A stretch of DNA of 64,000 bases from Octopus vulgaris (GCA_951406725.2 OX597827.1:65348001-65412000); one strand, 5' to 3'; shown: positions 1 through 12,280, counted from the stretch's first letter. Numbers and translations are program-made. The notes: generated from the letters alone by a model not told the origin.

Positions 1-183
1 TGCGGCCATGCTGCAGCACCGTCTTTAATCGAGCAACTCGACCCCGGGACTTATTCTTTTGTAAGCCCAGTACTTATTCTATCGGTCTCTTTTGCCGAAT
101 CGCTACGTAACGGGGACATAAACACACCAGCATCGGTTGTGAAGCAATGCTAGTGGGACAAACACAGACACACAAACACACAA

Positions 184-235
<52 letters not shown>

Positions 236-398
236 GACAGGCGTCTTTCGGTTTCCGTCTACCAAATCCACTCACAAGGCATTGGTCGGCCCGGGGCTAT
301 AGCAGAAGACATTTGCCCAAGATGCCACGCAGTGGGATTGAACCCGGAACCATGTGGTTGGTTAGCAAGCTACTTACCACACAGCCACTCCTGCGCCT
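1..398 (-). mobile_element. tRNA-derived SINE family A (bipartite, internal TA/CA microsatellite), cut by window edge
   Basis: Reverse complement of the multi-copy unit AGGCGCAGGAGTGGCTGTGTGGTAAG...GGTTCAGTCCC (A/B-box-like)...GGAAACTGAAAGAAGCCCGTCG-(TA)n(TG)n-...GGTGCTCCAGCATGGCCGCA; about 15 copies in window. Confidence 0.85.
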
Positions 399-414
399 AT
401 ATACATACATATAG

Positions 415-562
415 ACGACGGGCTTCTTTCAGTTTCCGTCTACCAAATCCACACACAAGGCTTTGGTCGGCCCGAGTCTATAGTAGAAGACATTTGCCTA
501 AGGTGCCACGCAGTAGGACTGAACTCAGAACGATGTTGTTGGTAAACAAGCTACTTACCGGC
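415..562 (-). mobile_element. SINE family A, 5' half
   Basis: Matches head/body of the copy at 6824-7226. Confidence 0.75.
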
Positions 563-1057
563 CACTAATTTCACCATTCCCTCTCAAAGACGAAGAGCTT
601 AACAGTTTAGACAATACGGATAAACTAGGAATTGTGTAATGCGTATAAACGAAGGAAGCTAAGTGGAATTGAATTTGAAGGTTATAAACCACCCCGAAGC
701 ATTATCTGGTAAGAGCAGCCGCACAATAGACTCACTTGATCATTTTTCAACGATGCAACTGGCCAAGGCGTATAAAAAATTCACTTTATTTAATAAAGTT
801 GCAAAATTTGATTTAACAATAACAAGAAAAAGACAAAGACTCGGAAGGAAAGTACAAAGAAAAGTACACTTTTCATGAAAGAAACACCGCCGGGTAAAAT
901 AAATCACCAATTTAAACAGACGCAATGAAATTACCACAGTGACCTGGACTCAAAAGTGCATAAAAGTGCATAAAATACTTTTGGTTAATATATAAGAGAT
1001 TAAAACGGTAAACAAATAAACACGCAAACTTTGTATATTCTATGAAACTAAGATGTT

Positions 1058-1405
1058 ACACACACACACACACACACACATACACACACACTTGCACACA
1101 TACACACACATATATATATATATATTCATGTATATATATCCATATCTATGTACATATCCATCTATATATGTATGCATACATGTATATATGAATATATATT
1201 CATGTATATATATATATATATGTATATATATGCATGCCTATATATATATACATATGTATATATATATATACATGTATGTATATATATATATATGTATATA
1301 TATACATATATGTATATCTATATATATATGTATATAGATATACATATATGTATGTATAAACATATATTTGTATATATATATATATATATATATAAATATA
1401 TGTTT

Positions 1406-1459
<54 letters not shown>

Positions 1460-1600
1460 CACGTATATATATGCAAATAAATGTGTATGTAATACAAACA
1501 CACATACACAAAACGCAAGCATATGTTCTGCACAATATACACGTAGCGTGTAAGTATGTACATAAATATATATGCATGTATGCACGGTATGTATATCCAC
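1058..1600. repeat. compound (CA)n/(TA)n/(TATG)n microsatellite
   Basis: Directly visible. Confidence 0.95.
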
Positions 1601-1899
1601 GTTCGTAAGTAGTCGTGTCGAATTCTGTTAGTATGTTTGCAATGGAAAATATTAGTGAAACTCTATTATCATTAAGAAAGTCAAAGTTGAAGTTTCATCA
1701 AAGCGAACATTAACTTCATTTGCACTCAGGTCATGGCTGACTAATATCATAAAATAAAATCAATATAATAATATTAGTTTAAGTATCAAAGTATCAATTC
1801 AATTAGGGTGAGTAGTTTCTTGCATGTCTGCTGAATTTGTTCAGTGAAGTTATGTAATCACGTGTTAGGTTTAATCTTCTTATTTTCTATCAGTCTCTC

Positions 1900-1945
1900 T
1901 CATATATGTATATGTGTATATATATGTACACATACATTCACTCTA

Positions 1946-2006
<61 letters not shown>

Positions 2007-2007
2007 C

Positions 2008-2067
<60 letters not shown>

Positions 2068-2123
2068 TACATATATATATATACATACGTATATATATAC
2101 ATATATATATATGTATGTATATG

Positions 2124-2209
<86 letters not shown>

Positions 2210-2215
2210 TTTATG
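1900..2215. repeat. (TA)n microsatellite
   Basis: Directly visible. Confidence 0.95.
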
Positions 2216-2478
2216 TGTTAATGTTTGTTTTTATGTTCAGTTATAACAAAAACAGTTTTATATTAATCAGTTAGGTTAATCTATACTTTTGTAGAATAAA
2301 AGTTTATTATTCTTAAACATGAATGCTACTGACAGTAACTTCGGCCAGTTAAGCTATTGTCGGACAGTCCGACGATAACGATGTTTGGACGTATGTGTTT
2401 GTGTGTTGTGTGTTGTGTGTCTGTGTGTATGCAATTCATAAACCTGGAGAGAGGCTAGAATTAATACATATGCATTGC

Positions 2479-2525
2479 ATGTTTACAGCTGTTTCGCAAA
2501 CCGCCTTAAGTTTCGTCAATAACAC
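2479..2525 (-). ncRNA. decayed minimal hammerhead-like motif
   Basis: Minus strand TGTT-A-TTGACG-AAAC-ttaaggcg-GTTT-GC-GAA-ACAGCTGT-A-AACA: palindromic stem III and GUA site present, core/stem II damaged. Confidence 0.4.
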
Positions 2526-2729
2526 AATATGTTTTAACCAATTCTTATATATGTCACTGCTCACTACTCATATACAGATGTACTCATATAGTTCCATCAT
2601 GTACATTTTCCTAGTGTGCTTAATATACATATTTTATTGCTTTTTCTCTATTGTATCCCAATTGCTTTTACGGTTTTACTGGTTTTATATGTGTTTTTAT
2701 TCTTTTATTTTGTATCATCTACTTCCTGA

Positions 2730-3096
2730 AGTCGTTTGACTGCGGCCAACCTGAGGAATTTTAGTCAAATGAATCCAGTCCAGGAATTACTTGTTTAAAG
2801 CTTGGTATTTATTCTATCGTCTCATTTGCCGAATTGCTAAACTACGGGATCGTAAACACACAGACACCGGTTGTCAGTCGGTGATGGGGGACAAACAGTG
2901 AGAGCAAGAGAGAGAGACAGAGAGACACGCACACACACAAACGCAAATGGACATACACATATATACACATGATGGGCTTCTCTCCAGTTTTCAAATCAAC
3001 CCACAAGGTGTTGTTTTGCCCGAGGCGCAACGCTGTGGGGTGAACTCGAAACCATATGGTTTGGAACCAAAACTTCTTACAACCACGCCTGCGCCT
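2730..3096 (-). mobile_element. diverged SINE family A
   Basis: Both halves recognisable around a CA/GA tract. Confidence 0.65.
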
Positions 3097-3173
3097 ATCG
3101 AAGAAACTAAAATCATACTCGAGATTTGTGACTTAATGAAACAAGTTCGATACTCTTACAAACGTTGATTATA

Positions 3174-3718
3174 TTGGGTTGTCAGCAAAGTTCGTGCGGA
3201 TTTTCAAAGGAAAGAAAAAGGTCAATAAATACTTCCATTACATTTGTAATCAAGCAAATATGAACCATTTCGTTGCACAATGCGTCTCCATCTTTCCTTT
3301 AACTTGGAAATGCCCTCTTACCAGAATTGAGGTCGTTTCATGGCAAAGCATTCATCAAGGTATCTGTTTACGTCATCCGAGGAATTGAAATGTTTACCAT
3401 TAAGACTATTCTGTAAAGACCTGAATAAGTGGAAATCCGAAGGAGCAATATCTGGTGAATATAGAGGGTAGGGTAACACATTCCAGCCAGGCTGCAGCAA
3501 TTTTTAGTCTGGTTCCCAAATTATCAAGTGCCGAAAATGAACTTTCTTATCTTCTACTTAAAAAGGGTTACAGAATTAACACAGGTTATAGGAATATAAA
3601 CCTTCTTCCACAAAATGATATCTTAAACTGTGCTCTAAATGGTGGTGTAGTCAAATCCTATTTTATGGACTCAACCATGTTCTAAAATAACTCGGCACGA
3701 ACTTTCCGGACAACCCAA
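3174..3718 (-). mobile_element. internally deleted mariner transposon
   Basis: TIRs TTGGGTTGTCAGCAAAGTTCGTGC / GCACGAACTTTCCGGACAACCCAA, TA on both sides; ORF 3318-3500 has mariner motif YSPDIAPSDFHLFRSLQNSL. Confidence 0.9.
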
Positions 3719-3759
3719 TAAAACGATACTCAAAACAATAGCAAATTTAATAAGGCACG

Positions 3760-4210
3760 TTTCTAATGTTACTTATTTGAACCCTCGTAAATCGAAGACA
3801 CCATGAAAATTTCGAATGCATTGAAATGATGTTTTGCGCTGCGTCTTCAACATTGTTTTCTTCAGAAAAACAAATCGATGACATAATCTCAATATTAAAC
3901 AAATGAATCCATTTAGAGATATCCATGAATTTATGGTCCAAAATATGAAATAAAGACATTTATAAAATGCTGTGTTTCCACAGAATCCATTAATCATAAA
4001 TTAATATTATAATATCGCACGATAAACCACCTAGGAAACATTAACGATGTTGCCTTAATGCGGTAAATAAAACTTCCAAATATCCTATTTGAAAAAGCTT
4101 TCAAATATTCTTTAAATCACACACTAATACCACGTAAGAGAAATGATATATTGGAAAACATGTACACTGAAAGAAGAAAACGCTTTTTGCAGAGGTTTTA
4201 ACTAAAGTAT
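3760..4210 (+). pseudogene. highly decayed Penelope-like RT remnant
   Basis: Frameshifted peptides IDDIISILN, HDKP, PNILFEKAF resemble PLE YIDD..S.NN / YDKR / SNIP motifs. Confidence 0.35.
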
Positions 4211-4219
4211 AAATTTTAA

Positions 4220-4451
4220 GGCGGCGAGCTGGCAGAAACGTTAGCACGCCGGGCGAGAAGCGTAGCCGTATTTCGTCTGTCGTTACGTTCCGAGTTCAAA
4301 TTACGCCGAGGTCGACTTTGCCTTTCATCCTTTCGGGGGTCGATAAATTAAGTACCAGTTACGCATTGGGGTCGATGTAATCGACTTAATCCGTTTGCCT
4401 GTCCTTGTTTGTCCCCTCTGTGTTTAGCCTCTTGTGGGTAGTAAAGAAATA
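4220..4451 (+). mobile_element. tRNA-derived SINE family D
   Basis: GGCGGCGAGCTGGCAGAAACGTTAG...GAGTTCAAATT...CTTTGCCTTTCATCCTTTCGGGGTCGATAAATTAAGTACC; multi-copy in window. Confidence 0.85.
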
Positions 4452-4573
4452 CATAAATTAACTTCAGAACTTAAAAGCTGCTTTAATATAACTAAGACCA
4501 AAAAAAGGTCTTCCGAAACCAGTGTAAAGATCGTTAAGCTTCAAGTTTCAACTGCCTTTCTAACGTTACTACT

Positions 4574-4960
4574 GGAATGGAAGCACTCCGTCGGTTACGA
4601 CGACGAGGGTTCCGGTTGATCCGATCAACGGAACAGCCTGCTCGTGAAATTAACGTGTAAGTGGCTGAGCACTCCACAGACACTAGTACCCTTAACGTAA
4701 TTCTCGGGGATATTCAGCGTGACACAGAGAGTGACAAGGCCGGCCCTTTGAAATACAGGTACAACAGAAACAGGAAATAAAGTGAGAGAAAGTTGTGGTG
4801 AAAGAGTACAGCAGGGATCACCACCATCCCCTGCCGGAGCCCCGTGGAGCTTTAGGTGTTTTCGCTCAATAAACACTCACAACGCCCGGTCTGAGAATCG
4901 AAACGGCGATCCTACGACCGCGAGTCCGCTGCCCTAACCACTGGGCCATTGCGCCTCCAC
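4574..4960 (-). mobile_element. tRNA-derived SINE family B, full length
   Basis: tRNA-like head GTGGAGGCGCAATGGCCCAGTGGTTAGG...TTTCGATTC; 12-bp TSD AACGTTACTACT at 4562-4573 and 4961-4972. Confidence 0.92.
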
Positions 4961-5174
4961 AACGTTACTACTAATCCATCGCCTGTTATTAGCTGTTCAT
5001 TTTAGATACTTAATAAGTGATGTATGATGTTTCAGTTTATGATAAATACCACGTGTACTTAGAGGTTAATTTGAGAGAAACTGTTTCAATGTTGATTAAT
5101 GTATTGCACTGCATAGACCTCATTTAAATCAGACCTACTGCACACATAAACGGGAATAAATGCACGCACTCCAA

Positions 5175-5672
5175 TACACATACATGCACACATAAATACA
5201 TACATACATACATGCATAAATATACACACACACGTACATACATACAAATATACATACATACATAAATACATACATACATACATACATACATACACACACA
5301 TACATACACACACATACATACATGCATACATACATACATACACACATATGTATATATGTGTGAGTGTGTGTGTATATATATATATATATGTATGTATATA
5401 CTTGCATATGTATCTATGTGTGTATTTACACAGACATACATACATACACACACATACATACATACATACATACACACATATGTATATATGTGTCAGTGTG
5501 TGTGTATATATATATATGTATGTATATACTTGCATATGTATCTATGTGTGTATTTACACACACATACATATATACAGACACATGTGTGTGTGTGTGAGTG
5601 TGTGTGTGTGCTTGAGTGTGTGTGTATGTGTGTTTGTATGTGTGTGTGTGTGTGTGTCTGTGTGTGTGTGTG
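5175..5672. repeat. compound (TACA)n/(TG)n microsatellite with internal block duplication
   Basis: Block containing CTTGCATATGTATCTATGTGTGTATTTACAC occurs twice (~5400 and ~5530). Confidence 0.85.
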
Positions 5673-5809
5673 CGTATTTATTCAACCGACAATAATTTCA
5701 GAGTAATTTAATCCTCAACGGTACAACAGTTCTTGGGTATGATATGGAAATAATGATCATAGATCTTGTTAAATCTTCTTCGTTCTTCCCTTACCTCCTC
5801 TACCTTTCT

Positions 5810-5859
<50 letters not shown>

Positions 5860-6586
5860 GTGACCCTATGTTACTTCTTCACTAGCAAACGTAAATCCAT
5901 CAATTAAAACTGCATATACAATTATGAGCGCAGCATGGGGGATATGGTGGCGTGTATGGACATATCTATGAATGTATCTCACAAGGGTCTGCTGAAATAC
6001 TCCTGGTTTCAAGGGCATCGCGAAAAGCCTGATTGGATGCTCAACCTTTCGAGTTCTTATTACAGAGCTTAGAATAACTGAACCATCGTTGCGATAAGTG
6101 TGTGAATCTGAGACGGGGAATATATTGGATAAAATCATAATTAACTGATTTTCCTCTATTTCCTTTTACTGAAAGCCAGAAAATTTTCAGCACACTCTGA
6201 GACGATGTATTCTCCACGTGTACTCTCTACATCTTGTTTAGTACACATGCGCACAAATATCGAAAATGGAAACTGAGCCCTATATATATATATGCTTAGC
6301 GGCATTTCTTCCGCTGGGATCGACTTTGCCTTTCGTCCTTTTCCGGGTCAATGGGGCAGGTGCCAGTTGAGCACTGGTGTCGATGTTATCAACTAGCAAC
6401 CCTCCCCGAAATTTCAGACCTTGTGCCTACAATAGAAACGCCTATTAAGATGGTATTAGAAACATAAGCTAACATGAAAGGTTTTAATGCAGGTCACTTT
6501 AAAACAGGAAGCTTTTATCATAGAACTAAGGGTAGCCTCACGCCAGGCTGATATCAAATGGGTTAATGACTTTTTCACAAGCTTAA

Positions 6587-6807
6587 CCCTTTACCATTGA
6601 GACTACTGTCTCACATATAAATGCTTATTTATTCACATTGTTTTGAATTAATTATACATTATTTTATAGCTTGGAGATTTCAGTGATGTGATTGTTTAGT
6701 TTCAGAATGATATTGTAGGACAGGTGTGAGAGGTTGGATCTGGCCAGTTTGAACATAAGGCAGATAGAATATTTGGACTGGATGGGTCTGGTTTGAATGC
6801 TAAAATG
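6587..6807. mobile_element. piggyBac-type MITE
   Basis: TTAA|CCCTTTACCATT ... AATGCTAAAATG|TTAA; imperfect TIRs with TTAA flanks. Confidence 0.65.
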
Positions 6808-6823
6808 TTAAAAACATTACAAT

Positions 6824-7226
6824 AGGCGTAGAAGTGGCTGTGTGGTAAGTAGCTTGCTTACCAACCACATGGTTCCGGGTTCAGTCCCACTGCGTGGCAC
6901 CTTGGGCAAGTATCTTCTGCTATAGCCTCGGGCCAACCAAAGCCTTGTGAGTGGATTTGGTAGACGGAAACTGAAAGAAGCCCGTCGTATATATGTATAT
7001 ATATATATATGTATGTGTATGTATTTGTGTGTCTGTGTTCGGCCACCTAGCATTGCTTGACAACCGATGCTGGTGTGTTTATGTCCCCGTTACTTAGCGG
7101 TTCGGCAAAAGAGACCGATAGGATAAGTACTGGGCTTACAAAGGAATAAGTTCCGGGGTCGAGTTGCTCGATTAAAGGCGGTGCTCCAGCATGGCCGCAG
7201 TCAAACGACTGAAACAAGTAAAAGAG
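6824..7226 (+). mobile_element. SINE family A, full length
   Basis: Complete head, internal TA/TG tract, 3' tail ending GAAACAAGTAAAAGAG. Confidence 0.9.
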
Positions 7227-7261
7227 AAAAGAGAAAAGAGAAAGAGAATATATATATATAT

Positions 7262-7430
7262 TTATAACACCACTCATTATAGATCACTGGCCACTAAACA
7301 GTTTTTTTTTTGTGTTCCTTCCTGTCAAAGAGCGTAGACTCGAAACGTAAAGGACTTTTTCGCTTTCCGAGCGTTAAACTAATACATCTGTTTGTTGTTT
7401 ACATACCCGTTTTTTTGTAAAATCTCACTG
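7262..7430 (+). mobile_element. TA-embedded non-coding element with hammerhead-like motif (7316-7354)
   Basis: CCTT-C-CTGTCAA-A-GAG-cgtaga-CTC-GAA-ACGT-A-AAGG; related copy at ~41065-41192. Confidence 0.55.
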
Positions 7431-7519
7431 TGTATATACATACATACACACATATATATAAGTGTGTGTGTGTGTATGTGTATATATACATATATATGTA
7501 TATATCCATACATACATAC

Positions 7520-7560
<41 letters not shown>

Positions 7561-7566
7561 TATATT

Positions 7567-7632
<66 letters not shown>

Positions 7633-7772
7633 GATCAATAAATGGTGGGGTTGTGTTGACCGCACGTGGAGAAATGATAAGTAAGGAAAATTTTTTTTTT
7701 TAAATGCAGAATGCTCAAATGAAAGAAAATTTTAATAAAATGAGAAATTGATAAAATATATAAATATATATT

Positions 7773-7813
7773 TATTCAACCGGTTTTCGTCATTGTATGA
7801 CTTGTCAAGAATA
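7773..7813 (-). ncRNA. minimal hammerhead ribozyme, U3-A8 core variant, in PLE 3' UTR
   Basis: TATTC-TTGACAA-GTCA-tacaa-TGAC-GAAA-ACCGGT-T-GAATA; stems I and II perfect, palindromic stem III, one extra A at the GAAA junction. Confidence 0.6.
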
Positions 7814-8441
7814 TTTATGTTTTAAAAAGTTTTTTTAAAAATTAGAAAGGGGAAAAAAAGAAAATTGCATTGTTTTTTGTAAAAGAATAATGATAAAAAT
7901 GTACAAAAATTAAAAAATAAGTTCTCCGATACATTGTGAGTTCGTTGTGTATCTTGAGTTTTATGGTTGTTCACGAAAAAATTACCTTGAGGTGTTAAGA
8001 TCCAAAGGGATTAAGAGCATGTGTTGTGTTGTTTAATTCAGCATGTGTGCAGGACAGGAAGTAGTAGTAATTGTGGTTCTGGTTCTTCAGTTCCTGTGTT
8101 GTGAGTAAGGGGAGACAACTCTTTTGAGTTCTTCAATAAAACCCAAATTATAAAATTATCATTTTAGCTTCATTTGCGTTATCTTTTTTATATAATTGCT
8201 TGTTAACTTATCTTTCAGATTTTAACACTTTATTTATATTATTTTCTAATTATATAAATCTGCATAGACAATTGCATTTCAAATTGTCATATCATTTATA
8301 ATAAAAATGATAGTAATAACAACAATAGTAAAATTGATATTTAAAGAATATAAGTTTTAGCTTGAAGTGATGAATGCATGGTATCCTTATATATTTGTGT
8401 TAGTCCATCCATGAAGAGTGAGGTAGGGAAAGGAAGTTTGA

Positions 8442-9896
8442 TCAACGAGGAGTTTGCATATTAAGTTGTGTTTGGAATTTTTCAATAAAGAGATGCTCCT
8501 TGTTAATTCTCTCCTGTGTGGTGATCCCGTCTTTACATTGGTAGAAGGGGAATATATAGAATTTGGGGTTTAAGTCTTTAGCACATGAGTCTAAATGGTC
8601 ACTCAGTGGAATTTGTCGGTATTCCGGGAGATTTATTTGTTCTTTATGCACCGTTACTCGTTTACGTAACGGGAGACTCGTTTGTCCAACATAATTATGT
8701 TGGCAACCAGCGCATGTGAGAACGTAGATAAGGTTCTCGGAGGAACAGGAGAAGTTAGTCTTGATTTTAAACTTTGTACCTTGTTTGAAGGTAAATTCAA
8801 AGCCTTCAAGTAGAAAGGGGCAGGTACCACAGTTTGAGCGTGCACATTTTTTTACTGTTGGGGGTGGATGTGGTGTGTGAAGTTTGGCATTTGTCAAGAG
8901 TTTTTTTAAAGATTTGTGTTGACTTTTGCATTTGAGGATTTTGTGTGTATTTATAATGCTTTTCATTTTTGGGTCTGTTGACAGTAGACTGAGGTTTTGT
9001 ATGATTGTGGTGTATGCTTCGATATTTTTGGGGTTGTGGGTGGAAATGTATGGAAGTATTTTGAGGTTGTGTGTGGTGTTAGGTTGGGTGGTTTTCAGTG
9101 TAGTGTTATCTAGTTCTTTGGCGCGTTTTATTCCATACTCTATAAGGGTGGAGGGATATTGACGTTGTAATACTGTTTTTTTGAGGTCTTGAAGGCGTAT
9201 TTCTCGTGTTTTTGGATCCGAGACAATGGTGCATACCCTTTTAGCTAAATTGAAAGGGATATTTGTCTTGGTGTGTTTTGGGTGGCATGAAATAAAGAGG
9301 AGGTATTGTTGTGAGTCTGTAGGTTTGTGGTAGATGTCTGTTATGATTTGGTTCTTAGGTGTTTTTATAATTAGGAGATCAAGGAATGGGAGATGATGTT
9401 TGCTTAATTCCATAGTGAATTGGATGTTGGGATGTATGTTGTTTAGTATGGTTTTGAATTCCAGAAGTTTTTCATAAGGTTCTTTCCATATGATGAAACA
9501 ATCATCTAAATACCTTTTCCAGTTTTCCATTAGGTAGGTGTGGAAAACATGTCCAAATTTCTGGCTTGATATTTCATAGAGTGACAGTTCGAAGTAACCC
9601 ATTATGAGGTTCGCAAGGACTGGTGCAGCCTTGGTACCCATCGCAATGCCACATTTTTGACGGTAGTGTGTGTCGTCGAAGAGAAAAAAATTGTTTGTCA
9701 GAATGAACTTGAGAAATTCTGTAATAAAAGACTTGTTAATGCGGTCAGGGAATGTCTCTGGGTGTTTTTCTAGCCAGAAGTCAATTGCCTCTATACCATA
9801 CTCATGTGGAATGTTGGTGTAGAGGTTGATGACATCAAAGGATACCAGGAGTGCCTCCTCGTTAACTGTTTTCGGGAGGGGTTTGAGCATACACAT
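8442..9896 (-). CDS. Penelope-like reverse transcriptase + GIY-YIG endonuclease (N-terminally truncated, 484 aa open)
   Basis: SFDVINLYTNIP, GIAMGTKAAPVLAN, WKRYLDDCF, LPFLDL, YHKPTDS, HPKHTKTNIPF; CARSNCGTC Cys motif; NLIYVLTCAGCQHNYVGQT..LRKR...H endonuclease. Confidence 0.93.
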   Translation of the reverse strand: MCMLKPLPKTVNEEALLVSFDVINLYTNIPHEYGIEAIDFWLEKHPETFPDRINKSFITEFLKFILTNNFFLFDDTHYRQKCGIAMGTKAAPVLANLIMGYFELSLYEISSQKFGHVFHTYLMENWKRYLDDCFIIWKEPYEKLLEFKTILNNIHPNIQFTMELSKHHLPFLDLLIIKTPKNQIITDIYHKPTDSQQYLLFISCHPKHTKTNIPFNLAKRVCTIVSDPKTREIRLQDLKKTVLQRQYPSTLIEYGIKRAKELDNTTLKTTQPNTTHNLKILPYISTHNPKNIEAYTTIIQNLSLLSTDPKMKSIINTHKILKCKSQHKSLKKLLTNAKLHTPHPPPTVKKCARSNCGTCPFLLEGFEFTFKQGTKFKIKTNFSCSSENLIYVLTCAGCQHNYVGQTSLPLRKRVTVHKEQINLPEYRQIPLSDHLDSCAKDLNPKFYIFPFYQCKDGITTQERINKEHLFIEKFQTQLNMQTPR

Positions 9897-10349
9897 AGTA
9901 ATTTATCCACTATCGCGGGGGTTACGTTCCAAAAATAGGTGAAGTTGGGCGAAGTAGAAATAATACTGGTGTGTATATGTATATATTGTTATTTTTATAA
10001 TTTGTATAAATTTTATTTTATTATGGACACAAAACAACACCACACACTCTCCTCCCGAGTTTCATTTTCCATACAGTACGTGCGATTCTTTGTTTACTCA
10101 TCAACGGTACACTAAGCATTTTCTTTTAATATATTTTAATTAATATGTTATACAGTGCAGTACTATACTGTTTGTTTGTTCATTAATTAATTTATTGATT
10201 TTTGGCGAGAAAATGCTTATTTTACCATAGAAATAATTAAAATAGAAAAAATATGAATATCTATCGGCCACAGAAAACTGCAATATACTGAGGAGACCGC
10301 GATATACATTTATATATATTAACCTTGATATGGCTGAGGGATTACTGTA
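9896..10349. mobile_element. Tigger/pogo-like MITE
   Basis: Left TAGTAATTTATCCACTATCGCGG vs right CCGCGATAT...GAGGGATTACTG|TA; CAGT-type terminus with TA. Confidence 0.55.
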
Positions 10350-10358
10350 TATATATCT

Positions 10359-10959
10359 TCTTTTACTCGCTTCATTCGTTTGACTGCGGCAATGCTGGAG
10401 CACCACCTTGAATGGTTATAGTCGAAAAAAGCAACCCCAGGATTAATTTTTATTTTTATGCTTCGTAGTCATTCTATCAGTCTTTTGTCAAGCCCTAAGT
10501 TAGAAGTACGTAAGCATACGAACAACGGTTGTCAAGCGATGAGGGAGGTGGGCACAAACGCATATACAAAGACACAGACATACGCACACACATACACACT
10601 GAAATACACACACATAACCACAAACGCATATATGTTTATATATACATATACGTATTTATATTTACATAAACATGTATATGTATATGTTTATATATACATA
10701 CATATATATATATTTCGATAGGTGAATGAATTATCCTATGTTTACCGTCAACATGGAAAATTCGATGAACCGATACCAGGGTAGCAAATTCACGTCAGAA
10801 ACACGGTTGAAGCGACCCGTCCAAGGGTAGAAACTCCGGGTTCATGTGCAGAAATTTGTGTGTTATATATAAATAAATAAATAAATGGAGTTGAACGAAG
10901 ATGCTAACAAAATTCCTTTACTCTCGACAAGGAATTTTGTTAACATATATCCATTTATT

Positions 10960-10991
<32 letters not shown>

Positions 10992-11105
10992 TCGTTCAAT
11001 TTTCGTCTGCAGAATCTACTCATGGTGGTTTTGTCAACGATTTCACGGAGTGAGACTGAACATGGAACCATGTGTTTGGGAAGCAAGTTTCTTACTCCCA
11101 ACCAT
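10359..11105 (-). mobile_element. diverged SINE family A, split by an insertion in its microsatellite
   Basis: 3' half 10359-10570, 5' half ~10995-11105. Confidence 0.6.
10716..10946 (-). mobile_element. PLE-type terminal fragment (same family as 53433-53766)
   Basis: Shares GGTAGCAAATTCAC.TCAGAAA..ACACGGTTGAAGC and ATGGAGTTGAACGA...CCTTTA.TCTCGACA with the 53.4-kb element; TA-flanked. Confidence 0.7.
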
Positions 11106-11210
11106 AGCTACGTCTATATATTATATGAAAACTTAGATTATTGAAACGATCACTGAGAATGAACCTTAGGTCTCGTGCTAGCAGATTTGAGTAACAATCA
11201 TCAATTTCAG

Positions 11211-11329
<119 letters not shown>

Positions 11330-12280
11330 CATATATATATATGTACACACACACACCACACGCACACACACCACACACATATATAGTAATAGATGAACAT
11401 GTGCATTCAGATAAGCACATATCTCTGAAAATTTCCAGTTAGATATTATTTAAGTGAATGCTGTATGTTATAGGAACGTAAATGTTCATATACAAATACT
11501 TGGAAACAAAAGATACTGCATATTGTCACGAAAGTAATCACTCCTGAATATGCATAACATCCTCAACTTCCGACTCACATTTATGGTCACGCATTACATG
11601 TCCAGGTAACGTAATCCTGCTAATGGTGTTCTTTAAGCTCCAGATATGTTTAGCGAGTGTTAAAACCCCTCATTTTGATGCTCGAACATACGTTAATCTG
11701 TGTGGTTTCCCACATAATTTTTAAGCGTTGTTCTCTTTCTGTTTTCTATTTCCTAAATCGCATCAGCCAGTGAGGAATTGATTGTGTATAGTTTCTTTAG
11801 AAAGGCAAATGCCATTGAGAAGCACGATGGTACAACTATGAGAATTGGAGTGAAACTCGTAATTTCTTTTCCTTGTTCATGTTTGGAATAATCCTTATAC
11901 ATTTATTCATACATGCATTCCTGTGATACTCCATTTTAACTATCCGTGGTGAATGGATATGCATATTAACATATTCATATGGAATATACACACATGCGCA
12001 AATACTAACTAATGACATTCAATCGCAGTGTGCAGAATAAATATGCAATACACTACGAATGCAAATTTGCGTACATTGACACAATATACGGACACAGTCT
12101 CGTATACACACATAGCAACATGTTCAGATAAGCACGAACCCTGAGAGATGGCATGAATTAGAGAAATGAACGTTGATTCTATGATAACGAACGGTTTGAA
12201 TTCTGTGAAAGAAAAAATATAAAGCGTAAAGAAACACTCAAACCTCCTGCATACAGAGACTCTCACATAAACGCATAAGG

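Larger units (their letters stand above)
7632..9896 (-). mobile_element. Penelope-like retroelement (Neptune-type), 5'-truncated, ~800-bp 3' UTR ending at (TA)n
   Basis: RT-GIY-YIG ORF, hammerhead-like motif in 3' UTR, 3' end abuts TA microsatellite. Confidence 0.88.

Noticed and set aside
1053-2274. Many [12 protein letters not shown] ORFs here and throughout the window
   Set aside because: Translations of dinucleotide and tetranucleotide microsatellites that lack stop codons
4625-4876. Recurrent ORF MFIERKHLKLH...VNFTSRLFR (also at 14234, 43154, 52479)
   Set aside because: Incidental frame within SINE B; frameshifts differ between copies
5866-6138. 90-aa non-repetitive ORF
   Set aside because: No recognisable domain or convincing splice signals
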